NCBI GenBank assembly: GCA_964443105.1
Contig: CAYUBU010000244.1
Span: 1 to 34,152, forward strand
Source of the DNA: an uncultured Nitrospirota bacterium
Lineage (GTDB): Bacteria; CG2-30-53-67
Reading direction: 5' to 3'
Length of the DNA: 34,152 nucleotides
In this document: in pieces, positions 1 to 9,047 of the stretch
Position numbering within the stretch: position 1 is the first letter of the stretch
Layout of the letters: each line of letters begins with the position of its first letter
Notes under the pieces: model-generated
Seen by the model: the letters and a program-made list of their open reading frames with translations, nothing else
Databases searched by the model: none
Told to the model about the DNA's origin: nothing
Made by a program: the position numbers and the translations under genes

Positions 1-783
1 ATCGTTTTCGATGACAGCGTAAAAGATAGGAAAGGCCGCCATGGCGGCACCGATCCAGATCAGGCTCTCCGTCCCCGGAAAGGCACGGGCCAGCGCATAG
101 ACCGCGGCTTTCGTCGTAAAGGCGCTCAGGAAAATGGTTCCGCCGATTGTGGCTTCAGGATAGGCATCGGAGAGCCAGGGATGCAGCACAGGCCAGGCGC
201 AATTGATCCCCATACCGATGAAGATGAAGTAAGAAGAGACCCCACTGATACCGATGTAGCCGAAGGCAATGGAATTCTGTTCGTAGATATAAAGAACAAT
301 CCCTGCAAGCAGGACCAGGCCTCCAAAAACGTGCACCATCAGGTAACGGAAGCCTGCGGCTGTGGAGGCTTTCGTCTTCCTGGCCCAGATGAGCATGACC
401 GACCCCACGGTCAGCAGCTCCCAGAACGCAAAGAACGAAAAAAGATCGCCGGCAAATACGACACCCAAAGCGCTGCCGGCATAGATAAAACCGGCCATAT
501 ACTCCAGGTCACGCTTCACGTGAAGGACGTAAATCACCGTAATGAATGTAATGAAGTGAAATATGTATCCAAAGAGAAGACTCAGCCGATCCACTTTGAA
601 CAAAAGGAGTTCAAAATCGAGAAAGGGGACCACCCCGTGGCTTCCGGGCGCTGTGTTGAGGAGGTTGGCAAAACCGACAACAGGGATGAGGAGCATGACC
701 GCCGATTTGGCCTTACCCCGGAGCAGGGGAATCAGCAGCGCACCCAGGATAAAGATAAAAGCCGGCGGTATGGCGCTAATCAT
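1..783 (-). CDS. mrpD: Mrp/Mnh antiporter subunit D-like (NuoM/N-type proton-conducting membrane subunit), third paralogue. N-terminal 261 codons only; the C-terminus lies left of the window.
   Basis: Absent from the ORF track because it runs off the edge. The reverse-complement frame from ATG 783-781 is open for all 261 codons: MISAIPPAFIFILGALLIPLL...FAFWELLTVGSVMLIW...LHPWLSDAYPEATIGGTIFLSAFTTKAAVYAL...FYAVIEND. It shares the multi-TM pattern and the WEL / HxWLxxA motifs with the paralogues at 1198-2679 and 2709-4211. Its start overlaps the upstream ORF stop by 8 nt. Confidence 0.8.
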   Translation of the reverse strand, partial: MISAIPPAFIFILGALLIPLLRGKAKSAVMLLIPVVGFANLLNTAPGSHGVVPFLDFELLLFKVDRLSLLFGYIFHFITFITVIYVLHVKRDLEYMAGFIYAGSALGVVFAGDLFSFFAFWELLTVGSVMLIWARKTKASTAAGFRYLMVHVFGGLVLLAGIVLYIYEQNSIAFGYIGISGVSSYFIFIGMGINCAWPVLHPWLSDAYPEATIGGTIFLSAFTTKAAVYALARAFPGTESLIWIGAAMAAFPIFYAVIEND

Positions 784-1021
784 AGTAGTCCTCCTCCCGC
801 TTGACCAGGGGCCGGAGGACATATTTGGCCACCAGAACGAGGAAGACACAGGCAACAAAACCGTACATGGCATAAAACTCAGGCCAGGCCTCCCAGGGGA
901 AGTAGGCATGCTTGTGTACAAAAAAATCCAACACCAATAATACAATGAGTATGGCAAAAAAGATCTTCAGCAGCCTCTTCACGTTTCTGGGATCATCGAA
1001 CAAATGCTTTTCATCCATCAT
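776..1021 (-). CDS. Small (81 aa) two-TM membrane protein embedded in the Mrp-like operon; function unknown.
   Basis: The ORF has an acidic N-terminus (MMDEKHLFDDP), two hydrophobic helices and a charged C-terminus. Its stop overlaps the downstream mrpD-like start by 8 nt, which suggests translational coupling. Confidence 0.6.
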   Translation of the reverse strand: MMDEKHLFDDPRNVKRLLKIFFAILIVLLVLDFFVHKHAYFPWEAWPEFYAMYGFVACVFLVLVAKYVLRPLVKREEDYYD

Positions 1022-1073
1022 CGGACTCCCTTTTCTTCTCGGAACCGGTTCATGCCGTTGCCAGAGAACAGGC

Positions 1074-1193
1074 TCACTGGGACAGGATAAAAATCACAGC
1101 CAGGTAGAGCGTGCACAGGGCAAATATGATATAAAAAGCCGGTCGATAGCCCGGCACCGGGTCGTGAGACAACTCCTTCTTTTCTTCATCCAT
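1074..1193 (-). CDS. Candidate 39-aa single-TM micro-protein in the Mrp-like operon.
   Basis: Read by hand (below the ORF-track size cutoff): MDEEKKELSHDPVPGYRPAFYIIFALCTLYLAVIFILSQ*. It starts 5 nt after the stop of the upstream mrpD-like gene. Its N-terminus (MDEEKK..HDP) resembles that of the neighbouring 81-aa ORF. Confidence 0.3.
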   Translation of the reverse strand: MDEEKKELSHDPVPGYRPAFYIIFALCTLYLAVIFILSQ

Positions 1194-1197
1194 CACA

Positions 1198-2679
1198 TCA
1201 ACCTCCTGTAATCCCCTTCACCGCCAGCTGGGCCAGACGGAAAAAGGGCTGGGGGTAGAAAAAGAGCCCGATTGATACCAGGGCGCTGAAGACCAGCGGC
1301 GCCACACACCAGGCGGGTGCCTCCTGGATCCTGTTTTCAAACATCGATTCCTCCGGTGTACAGAAGAACGCCCGGTAAAAGACGGGAAAGAAGTAAGCAG
1401 CATTCAGGAGAGAACTGAAGAGAAGCACGAAGAGCATGGCCTGCTGATGGGCTTCCAGGGTCCCCTGAACAAGGTACCATTTGCTGATGAAACCGCCTGT
1501 CGGCGGGAGGCCCACGACACTGAGGGAGCCGATGAGAAAGGCCGTCATGGTAATGGGCATCCGCCTGCCGATGCCCACCATCTCACTGATATTCTTCTTC
1601 CCCGTGGCCACGAAAATCGCCCCCGCGCAAAAGAAGAGCGTAATTTTCCCGAAGGCGTGCATGGCGATATGGACCATGCTGCCGGTGAGGCCTTTAGGTG
1701 ACAGAAGGGCGGCACCGAGGACAATATAAGACAGCTGACCGATGGTGGAAAAGGCCAGCCTCCGCTTCAGGCCGTCCTGTGACAGCGCAATCAGAGAAGC
1801 GGCAAGGATGGTCACCGACGCGACATAACAGAGAAAGGTTCCCAGTTCCAGAGACCGGAGCAGATCCGTTCCAAATACCCCTGTCACGATTCGCAGGATC
1901 GAAAAAACCCCCACCTTGACCACGGCCACCGCATGGAGCAGCGCGCTGACCGGCGTGGGCGCCACCATGGCCGCCGGGAGCCAGGCATGAAAGGGCATGA
2001 TCCCGGCCTTGGCAAAACCGAAGACAAAGAGCACGAGCAGGACGGTGAGCGTCTGCTTCGAGGCCGTTTGCGCCAGGAAGCCCTGACTGCTGAATTCGAG
2101 CGTGCCGGCCAGATGATAGGAGACAAGCATGGCCGGGAGCACAAACCCGATGGAGGTCCCGAGGATGTAGGTCAGGTATTTGCGGCCGGAGACGCGGGCC
2201 TCGGGATCCTGGTGATGGGTCACCAGAGGGTAAGTGGCCAGGGAAAGCATCTCGTAAAAGAGATAGAGGGTAAACAGGTTGGCCGAAAAGGCGACGCCCA
2301 TCGTCGCAGAAAGGGCGACGGCAAAAAAGGCGAAATAACGGGTCTGGCTGTGCTCCTTGAGGCCCCGCATGTAGCCTATGGAATAGGCGGAAGTCGCAAT
2401 CCAGAGGATGGAGGCCACCAGCGCAAAGAGCATCCCCAGTGCATCGACGCGGAAGGCAATGGCCATGCCCGGCAGCACCTGCGCCACGGTATATTCGATC
2501 TCCTGCCCCCCGAGAACAACGGGCACCATGGAGGCGACGAGACCGAGCTTGACCACACCGGCGCCAAAGGTCCAGGCTTCTCTGAGATTTGCTGTCCGTC
2601 TCGAAAGGACGATCGGCACAACGGCAACCAGTGAGACCAGAACAGCCGCAAAGGGCTTGATGGATGTTACTGTTTCCAT
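1198..2679 (-). CDS. mrpD: Mrp/Mnh antiporter subunit D-like (Proton_antipo_M family, NuoN/M-like), second paralogue.
   Basis: 493-aa polytopic membrane protein with FYEMLSLATYPLV and PFHAWLPAAMVAPTPVSALLHAVAVVKVG motifs typical of NuoM/N/MrpD antiporter-like subunits. Confidence 0.9.
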   Translation of the reverse strand: METVTSIKPFAAVLVSLVAVVPIVLSRRTANLREAWTFGAGVVKLGLVASMVPVVLGGQEIEYTVAQVLPGMAIAFRVDALGMLFALVASILWIATSAYSIGYMRGLKEHSQTRYFAFFAVALSATMGVAFSANLFTLYLFYEMLSLATYPLVTHHQDPEARVSGRKYLTYILGTSIGFVLPAMLVSYHLAGTLEFSSQGFLAQTASKQTLTVLLVLFVFGFAKAGIMPFHAWLPAAMVAPTPVSALLHAVAVVKVGVFSILRIVTGVFGTDLLRSLELGTFLCYVASVTILAASLIALSQDGLKRRLAFSTIGQLSYIVLGAALLSPKGLTGSMVHIAMHAFGKITLFFCAGAIFVATGKKNISEMVGIGRRMPITMTAFLIGSLSVVGLPPTGGFISKWYLVQGTLEAHQQAMLFVLLFSSLLNAAYFFPVFYRAFFCTPEESMFENRIQEAPAWCVAPLVFSALVSIGLFFYPQPFFRLAQLAVKGITGG

Positions 2680-2708
2680 GAGTTCAATTCCCGCGCCCCG
2701 TCACGGCG

Positions 2709-4211
2709 CTACAGCCCCGGCGGCAAGGCATGCTGGATGATCCGGGTAACAATTTCACGGGTATAAAGGCCGACCACCACAAGCGACACGGCAATGAAAA
2801 CCAGGGGTGCCACCATAGAGAAGGGTGCCTCATCCACCTCGACCCTTTCGTCCCCGTGATGGCCATTTCCGTGGTGCTCGGAATGGGGCTCAAAATAAGC
2901 GATTTCTATCATCCGGAAGAAGAGGATGGCATTCACCAGACTCGAAAACAAGAGCGCCGCCAGAAATCCCCATTGACCCGCATCGATGGCACCGAGAATG
3001 AGATACCATTTGCTGAAGAATCCGGCAGTCGGGGGGACACCGATCATGGACAGAGCGCCGACGGTAAAGGCGCCCATGGTGACGGGCATTTTCTTGTACA
3101 AACCCTGCAGATTTTCTAACTGGTGCCCGCGGGTCTTATAGACGATGATCCCCGCTACCAGGAATAGACAGAGCGTCATCAAGGCATCATTGAGGATGTG
3201 GAGGATCGCACCTGTCATCCCGTTTTCATTGGCCAGCCAGACTCCGCCCACCATGTAACCGACTTCGGCCACGATCAGGTAGGTGAGAATCTTCTTGAAG
3301 CTCCTCTGGGACAGGGCGAGGACCGAGCCTGCAATAATGGCCGCCACGGCCATCCAGACCACGAGCCCGGAAGCCTTGAAGGTATGGTATACGTAACCGG
3401 GGGAGAACAGCGATATCATGACACGGATCATGATGTAGACAGAGACTTTGGTCATGAGGGGGGCAATCAGGGCGCTTGTCGCAGAGGGTGCGTAGGTATA
3501 GGCGTTGGGGAGCCAGCCATGGAGGGGGAAGAAGGCCATCTTCGCCCACAGCCCGAGGAGAATGAGCACGAAAGCCACCTGGATGGCCTTGGAGTGATAA
3601 AGGCCGGGCAGGATGCTGTGCAGATCTCCCATGTTGAGCGACCCCGTCATGATGTAGAGGTGGCCCACGCCCAAAAGGTAAAAAGACGCCCCCAGGGTGC
3701 CTAGTATGACATAGTTGAAACTCGCCGGCAGCGCCCTGTCCCGCCCCATGGCGATCAGTGCGTAGCTCGTGAGGGCCGAGATTTCAAGGAGGACATAGAG
3801 ATTGAAGGCATCGCCCGTGATGGTCATCCCGAGCAGCCCTGTCACCAGAAGTACGTAAAGGGTGTAAAAGTGCGGGATCCTGTCGGGGAGTTCCCGCTTC
3901 ACGCTTTCTTTCGAATAAAGAGCGGCCACAACGCTCACGAAAGAGACAATCACCAGTACCAGGGCATTCAAATGGTCGATTACGTATTCGATTCCAAAGG
4001 GCGGCGGCCACCCCCCCAGACGGTAACGCACAACGCCCCGCTCCAGAACCTGGAAGAGTGTTTCGACGGATGCATAGAGTGAAAGGGCCAGAGCGCCGAT
4101 GGTCAGAGGATAGCAGAAACGCCTGTCCGCCGCACCGGCGATACTGATGAAAAAGGCCGAAAGGAGGGGAACGATGACGATGAAGATGGGAATCTGCTCT
4201 GCTGGAATCAT
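2709..4211 (-). CDS. mrpD: Mrp/Mnh antiporter subunit D-like (Proton_antipo_M family), first paralogue.
   Basis: 500-aa polytopic membrane protein with LLEISALTSYALIA and FPLHGWLPNAYTYAPSATSALIAPLMTKV motifs. Its ATG overlaps the mrpC stop (ATGA, 4208-4211). Confidence 0.9.
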   Translation of the reverse strand: MIPAEQIPIFIVIVPLLSAFFISIAGAADRRFCYPLTIGALALSLYASVETLFQVLERGVVRYRLGGWPPPFGIEYVIDHLNALVLVIVSFVSVVAALYSKESVKRELPDRIPHFYTLYVLLVTGLLGMTITGDAFNLYVLLEISALTSYALIAMGRDRALPASFNYVILGTLGASFYLLGVGHLYIMTGSLNMGDLHSILPGLYHSKAIQVAFVLILLGLWAKMAFFPLHGWLPNAYTYAPSATSALIAPLMTKVSVYIMIRVMISLFSPGYVYHTFKASGLVVWMAVAAIIAGSVLALSQRSFKKILTYLIVAEVGYMVGGVWLANENGMTGAILHILNDALMTLCLFLVAGIIVYKTRGHQLENLQGLYKKMPVTMGAFTVGALSMIGVPPTAGFFSKWYLILGAIDAGQWGFLAALLFSSLVNAILFFRMIEIAYFEPHSEHHGNGHHGDERVEVDEAPFSMVAPLVFIAVSLVVVGLYTREIVTRIIQHALPPGL

Positions 4212-4597
4212 GGCAGCTTCTCCAGCAGTTCATCTTCTTCCGTGGTCCCGTAACGCCTGTGAATGGCCAGGATGATCGCGAGGGCCACGCCGAGTGTACT
4301 TACGGAAACCACGATCGCCGTCAGCATCAGGACGTGGGGCAGGGGGTTCACATAATGGATGGCCTCGATGGCCTGTCCGGCGACTTCGTGACCGTGGACA
4401 TGTTCAATAATGGGGATGCTGGCACCCTTCTTGGCGCCGATGGAGACATAAAAAACGATGATGGCGGTCTGAAAGATGCTCATCCCGACGACCTTCTTGA
4501 GCAGGTTGTTCTTGGACAACATGGTGTACATGCCGATCATCATCAGCAAGACATAGATCCAGTAATTGTATTTGGCAACGATGATGTCCATGACCAC
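4208..4597 (-). CDS. mrpC: Mrp/Mnh antiporter subunit C (NuoK-like).
   Basis: 129 aa with three TM helices. Size, position upstream of the mrpD genes and the NuoK-like pattern (MSIFQTAIIVFYVSIG...LMLTAIVVSVSTLGVALA) fit MnhC. Confidence 0.85.
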   Translation of the reverse strand: MVMDIIVAKYNYWIYVLLMMIGMYTMLSKNNLLKKVVGMSIFQTAIIVFYVSIGAKKGASIPIIEHVHGHEVAGQAIEAIHYVNPLPHVLMLTAIVVSVSTLGVALAIILAIHRRYGTTEEDELLEKLP

Positions 4598-5619
4598 TAA
4601 AGTCCTTTGTCCTGCTTTCCGTGGGAGGCGATATTAAGATAGATGGCGATCATGATGGCCATAACGGCCACAGCCACACCGATTTCAATGCCGAGCATGC
4701 CATGGGAGCGGGCTTCAACGGCGGTGGTGGCCGGCAGGATCCTACTCAAAACGCTGTAATCGAGAAAATTTGCCCCCAGCAATAAACAGAGGGCACCGAT
4801 GCCGGCGTATAGGAAAACACCGGCATTGGCTAACAGGAGATTCCACCGCTCGCTCATCCGGTTCAGAACCATATTCATATCGTAGCAGATGGCCATGAGG
4901 ATAAAGCTCGCACCCAGAATCACCCCCCCCTGAAATCCCCCGCCCGGGCTGTGATGCCCGTGGGCAACCACGTACAGGGCGAACAGTTGTATAAAGGGGA
5001 CCATCTGCCGGCAGATCCATCGGATAATCGCATCCCTGTAGGCGGTCTTCCTTTCGGTATCCTCTCGAGCAGTGGCCACGCCTTTCTCGGGGAAGCGCCG
5101 GAGAATACTGATCACTGCAATCCCGGCGGCAAAGATGACAGCGGTCTCAAACATGGTGTCGAAACCCCGGTAATCGGCCAGAACGGAGGTAACGATATTC
5201 GGCACACCAGTGTCTTCAATACTCCTGGTGATGTAATAGGGCGACACATGGGTGCTCGCCGGTGACTGCGGATCGCCCCACCCGGGGAAATCATTTACGG
5301 CGATCATCAGGACCGTCCCTGTCACCCCTGCCGCCAGCAGGCTGATCAGTTTAAGGGCGATGCGGCCGGAGCTGCGCCGTTTGACCTCTCTCGTGGTCTG
5401 GTGAATGGCGGCAATCATGAAAACGGTCCCCACACCGGCGCCAACGGCCGCCTCGGTGAAAGCAACGTCGACGGAACCCATCTCCGTCCAGAGCAGGCAC
5501 ATGAGGAAGCTGTACGCGCCCAGAACAATGGCCGAACTGAGAAGATCCTTGACCATCACCGCGCCCAGGGCACTCAGGGTGATCAGTGTCAAAAGCAAGA
5601 GATCCAGCTGCCAGATCAT
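4597..5619 (-). CDS. mrpB: Fused MrpA-C-terminal-like (DUF4040/MbhD-E-like) and MrpB/MnhB-domain membrane subunit.
   Basis: 340 aa. The N-terminal part resembles the MrpA C-terminal/MbhD region. The C-terminal part (HSPGGGFQGGVILGASFIL...) has the MnhB-domain signature. There is a 1-nt overlap with mrpC. Confidence 0.8.
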   Translation of the reverse strand: MIWQLDLLLLTLITLSALGAVMVKDLLSSAIVLGAYSFLMCLLWTEMGSVDVAFTEAAVGAGVGTVFMIAAIHQTTREVKRRSSGRIALKLISLLAAGVTGTVLMIAVNDFPGWGDPQSPASTHVSPYYITRSIEDTGVPNIVTSVLADYRGFDTMFETAVIFAAGIAVISILRRFPEKGVATAREDTERKTAYRDAIIRWICRQMVPFIQLFALYVVAHGHHSPGGGFQGGVILGASFILMAICYDMNMVLNRMSERWNLLLANAGVFLYAGIGALCLLLGANFLDYSVLSRILPATTAVEARSHGMLGIEIGVAVAVMAIMIAIYLNIASHGKQDKGL

Positions 5620-5622
5620 GGT

Positions 5623-5958
5623 TTAGTCCTCCTCTTCCGTACTCTTTGACCACGGCTGCACATCGGATTCAAAACCGGCGTCGATGATGGCATGGGTCGC
5701 CGTCGGGCTGGTCAGGAAGATGAAGACGGAAATCAGCAGGATCTTCAAACTGACCAGAAGCGCCGCGAAGGAAAAATGGTGAAGATTATAAAGGGCAAGA
5801 CCGGACAGAATCAGCAGAGAGGCAAGAATATCGCCTTTACCCGCCGCATGCATCCGGCAGTAGAAATCGGGGAGGCGAAGAATGCCCACAGTGGTGGCGA
5901 AAAAAAAGAAATAACCTGCCCCAACCAATACGATGGTCAGAAAGTCGATCATTTCCAT
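5623..5958 (-). CDS. mrpG: Mrp/Mnh antiporter subunit G.
   Basis: 111 aa. LRLPDFYCRMHAAGKGDILAS and TSPTATHAI are typical MnhG/PhaG motifs. Confidence 0.85.
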   Translation of the reverse strand: MEMIDFLTIVLVGAGYFFFFATTVGILRLPDFYCRMHAAGKGDILASLLILSGLALYNLHHFSFAALLVSLKILLISVFIFLTSPTATHAIIDAGFESDVQPWSKSTEEED

Positions 5959-6260
5959 CGCCCCCGGCGGTGCCAGAGGCCGAACCCCGTGGGACTCAGA
6001 TTCTTGGCATGCAGAAAATAGCGTGAGGCGGCAATGGTGGCAATAAAGTTCAGGAAGGCGTAAGCCAGTGCAATGTCCACGAACATGTCGACCCGGCCAT
6101 AGATGGTGCCGATAACGACAAGCAGGATCGTGGTCTTTGTGCCGATCACATTCACCCCCATGATCCGATCAATGGCGGTGGGACCGAAGATTGCCCGATA
6201 AAGGGTCAGGCCCATGAGAAGGCACATACCGACACCCAGACCGATGAAGAAATGCTCCAT
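5949..6260 (-). CDS. mrpF: Mrp/Mnh antiporter subunit F.
   Basis: 103 aa. LYRAIFGPTAIDRIMGVNVIGTKT and DIALAYAFLNFIATIA match the MnhF pattern. It overlaps mrpG by 10 nt. Confidence 0.85.
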   Translation of the reverse strand: MEHFFIGLGVGMCLLMGLTLYRAIFGPTAIDRIMGVNVIGTKTTILLVVIGTIYGRVDMFVDIALAYAFLNFIATIAASRYFLHAKNLSPTGFGLWHRRGRWK

Positions 6261-6261
6261 T

Positions 6262-6741
6262 CTATTCCTCCTTGAAGACCTCAGCGATCCGGCGCTCCAT
6301 GGCCCCCGGCAGACCGGCAGCGGCCTTTTCCGTCAGTGCATGCACGGTCAAGTTCCCGTTCTCGCTTCTGATAGTGATCGTTCCCGGAGTCAGCGTAATG
6401 GAATTGGCCAGAGCCACCTGGGAGATCTCCTTTTTGAGGCTCGTCCGGAAACAGACGATGGTGGGATTAATCACATCACGCATTCTCGGATGAAGGGCAA
6501 CACGGACGACGTGCAGTGTCGCTTTGAAGATTTCGGCAAGAATCCAGGGGATATAGAGGGCAAAACGCCCTATTTCAGCCTGCCGCCCTCTCTTCTCCCT
6601 GTGCTGGATGAGAAGATCGTGGGACAGGTACGTCACCAGAAGGCTCGCCAATACACCGAGGGTGAGGTGAAAGAGATCGAACTTCCCGGACAAAACCATC
6701 CAGAAACCGAACATGATCAGAAATGTGTACAAAGAAGCCAT
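6262..6741 (-). CDS. mrpE: Mrp/Mnh antiporter subunit E.
   Basis: 159 aa. The N-terminus FGFWMVLSGKFDLFHLTLGVLASLLV and the TLTPGT motif are typical of MnhE. It is the first gene of the minus-strand operon. Confidence 0.85.
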   Translation of the reverse strand: MASLYTFLIMFGFWMVLSGKFDLFHLTLGVLASLLVTYLSHDLLIQHREKRGRQAEIGRFALYIPWILAEIFKATLHVVRVALHPRMRDVINPTIVCFRTSLKKEISQVALANSITLTPGTITIRSENGNLTVHALTEKAAAGLPGAMERRIAEVFKEE

Positions 6742-6812
6742 GGCCGACAGTGAAAAATCTAAATAGATTCTTGATGGTGAACTGCTATGCCAAATGCAAA
6801 GGACGGAAGGTC

Positions 6813-6841
6813 ACTATAAGGAAATGCCTCGCCTTTTTCAA
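6813..6841 (-). promoter_or_regulatory. Candidate sigma-70 promoter of the mrp operon (TTGAAA-N17-TATAGT) with an upstream A-tract.
   Basis: The minus strand reads cTTGAAAaaggcgaggcatttcctTATAGTgacc, about 72 nt upstream of the mrpE ATG. It is preceded by caaaaaaaacaaaaaaaatc, which is UP-element-like. Confidence 0.4.
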
Positions 6842-6949
6842 GATTTTTTTTGTTTTTTTTGCTTCGGCCGAAAACGGAAAGGCAGGAGGAAAAATCAATT
6901 CCTTCGGTGGTGCAACGGCCCATGCCTTATCCATGACAGGACTTCTGTG

Positions 6950-8830
6950 CTACAGGCTTTCCTGCATTTGAAAGAGCCCTCGGGCCTTCTGAACCGAATC
7001 GAAATCGCCGCACAGGGCAATGACGTCGTCCTCGTAGAGCCGGGTACTCCCGTGGGGAATGATCGTTTCCCCGCCCCGCTTCACGAAGAGAATAAGGCTG
7101 TTTCCCGGAAGGCGAATCTCCCTCAGAGCCCTGCCTTTAAGGGCTGTGCTCTTCATGACCACTTCCATGACTTCCTTGTCTGACTCATCCTGCATGAGGA
7201 CATCGAAGATATTGGGACGAAGAATCAGATTTTCTATGGCCAGCAACCCCTGGCGTGAGAAATCGATGGTATGGACGCCCAGTTCTCTGTATTCCCGGGC
7301 ACAAGCGGGGTCGTTCAGCTTCGCAATGATCCGATCCACATCGAAAACCGTTCGGGCCAGGTTGGCAATCATGAGATTCACCTGGTCGTCGGAGGTCGTC
7401 AGAATCAGCAGGTCTTCCGAGTAGATGCCGGTCATGGCCAGAAAATCGGGATCCGTACCGTCGCCATGGAGCACGTTTAATCCCGCCGCCTGTGCCTGGT
7501 GACAGGCCAGAGGATCGATTTCCAGCAAGACCGTCGCCATCCCGCGCTCCTGAAGCCTGCGGGCCAGACTGAGGCCGGTATGGCCGGCCCCGATAATCTG
7601 AATATAGCGGGCCGGGCGGCTCTCCACGCTGGCAAGGCGGTTATAAATAAGGGGCGACGCAATGCAGGTGACCAGGGCCATAATGATGATAGCCGAATTG
7701 ACTGCCGGCGTAATCGCCTCCATCTCCAGTGCAATGGCCGCCGCGGCCACAATGAGGCTCAATCGGGCCGACAGGAGGACGCCGGCGCTAAAGGTCTCCT
7801 TCCATGAAAAACGAAACCGCAGGATGAGCGCCGAAATAAAATTGACCCCGTAGGCCATGACGATGAGCAGGGGTACCAGGATTAAACTGGCCGGGGAGGC
7901 GGCCAAGGCGTTCAGATCGAAGTTCACGCCGACCATGATGAAGAAGATGGGGATGAAGAACCCGTATCCGATAGCATCGAGTTTCAACTGGAGGTTGGGG
8001 ATTTCTCGCCGGGATATCTTGGACACCAGCGCCCCCGCAAGGAAGGCGCCGAGGATGATCTCGGCCCCGAGCTTCTGGGCCAGAACCACGAAGATCAGCA
8101 TCAAGGCGAAGACGCCGCGCACCCGAATCTGGGAGGTGGCATGGGCCATGTCGACGAAGAGGCGGCGAATGCCCGGCTTGGTTTGCAGAAAGTTATAGAT
8201 CCGGTCGGCCACCAGAACCGCGAGAAACAGGAGCCCCACGTAGAGCAACTCCGGGTTCCAGCCGCTCATGTAAATGACGAATCCCATGGTCATGAGGACC
8301 ACGGTGATCAGATCGGCAATCACGGCACTGGAGAGGATGACCTGCCCCAAATCTTGTTTCAGGTGACCCCGCTCCTTGAGCACCATCAGGACGACCCCCA
8401 CGGACGTGGTGGAGAAAATCAGCGCCATGAGCCAGATCTCTCGGATCAGCCCCGCGCGCCAGAGCCCCAGGGACATGAGAGAGGCAATCAGGAGCCTGAG
8501 CAGAAATATAGCCAGGCTCTGGTAAAGGGGCTCTTTAAAGCAGGTCCGCCATGACAGCCGATGGCGCTCTATTTTTCTGGGCCGCATGAGATCGAAATCG
8601 ATCTCAAGGCCCGAAAGAAACATGAGATAAGCAAAGCCAAAATGAGACAGGAAATTCAGCCAGGCGCCCTCCTGAATAAGATTCAAACCGCTCTTGCCGA
8701 TCACCATCCCGCAGAGAATCTCACCCACCATGGCTGGAATCAGAAGATTCCTGAAGAAGGAGGTGAAAAGCGGAATGAAGAAGGCCAGCAGTGAAATAAG
8801 CAGCAAGGGGGCGAAGTAAACGGTCTCCAT
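6950..8830 (-). CDS. CPA2-family monovalent cation:proton antiporter with C-terminal RCK (TrkA-N plus TrkA-C) regulatory domains.
   Basis: 626 aa. It has an N-terminal ~390-aa Na_H_exchanger-type polytopic domain and a Rossmann motif (IIGAGHTGLSLARRLQERG...VLHGDGTD). A TrkA-C-like segment follows (VMKSTALKGRALREIRLPGNSLILFVKRGGETIIPHGSTRLYEDDVIALCG). Confidence 0.9.
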   Translation of the reverse strand: METVYFAPLLLISLLAFFIPLFTSFFRNLLIPAMVGEILCGMVIGKSGLNLIQEGAWLNFLSHFGFAYLMFLSGLEIDFDLMRPRKIERHRLSWRTCFKEPLYQSLAIFLLRLLIASLMSLGLWRAGLIREIWLMALIFSTTSVGVVLMVLKERGHLKQDLGQVILSSAVIADLITVVLMTMGFVIYMSGWNPELLYVGLLFLAVLVADRIYNFLQTKPGIRRLFVDMAHATSQIRVRGVFALMLIFVVLAQKLGAEIILGAFLAGALVSKISRREIPNLQLKLDAIGYGFFIPIFFIMVGVNFDLNALAASPASLILVPLLIVMAYGVNFISALILRFRFSWKETFSAGVLLSARLSLIVAAAAIALEMEAITPAVNSAIIIMALVTCIASPLIYNRLASVESRPARYIQIIGAGHTGLSLARRLQERGMATVLLEIDPLACHQAQAAGLNVLHGDGTDPDFLAMTGIYSEDLLILTTSDDQVNLMIANLARTVFDVDRIIAKLNDPACAREYRELGVHTIDFSRQGLLAIENLILRPNIFDVLMQDESDKEVMEVVMKSTALKGRALREIRLPGNSLILFVKRGGETIIPHGSTRLYEDDVIALCGDFDSVQKARGLFQMQESL

Positions 8831-9047
8831 GAAACCACCTGATTCCTTTTTGATTCCCGACTGTTAGAAGTTTAGCCCATGATAACATAACTTCCCATTT
8901 TGTGATAACCAGGAGGCCCCATCTTTTTCTTCTTTTTTTTCTTCTGTTGACACTGGACACCCATATGGGATAAGTAAATAAGCATGCACCTTCAAGAAAA
9001 GGGGCAGATGCATCTATTAAGAACCACTCCAAATAAAGGACGCCATC

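Noticed and set aside
6778-6792. Sigma-54-like TGGCATagcagTTCAC on the minus strand upstream of mrpE.
   Set aside because: The -12 element lacks the near-invariant GC (TTCAC instead of TTGCW). A good sigma-70 promoter lies 20 nt further upstream.
8947-8976. TTGACA preceded by a T-rich tract, as a slyD promoter.
   Set aside because: No acceptable -10 hexamer lies at 16-18 nt spacing (ATAAGT or TAAGTA). It is too weak to report as a feature.
9006-9015. 10-bp palindrome AGATGCATCT upstream of slyD, resembling an NsrR half-site core (AAGATGCAT).
   Set aside because: Perfect 10-bp palindromes are expected roughly 30 times by chance in 34 kb. It does not form the 11-1-11 NsrR operator and is not next to the ygbA-like gene.
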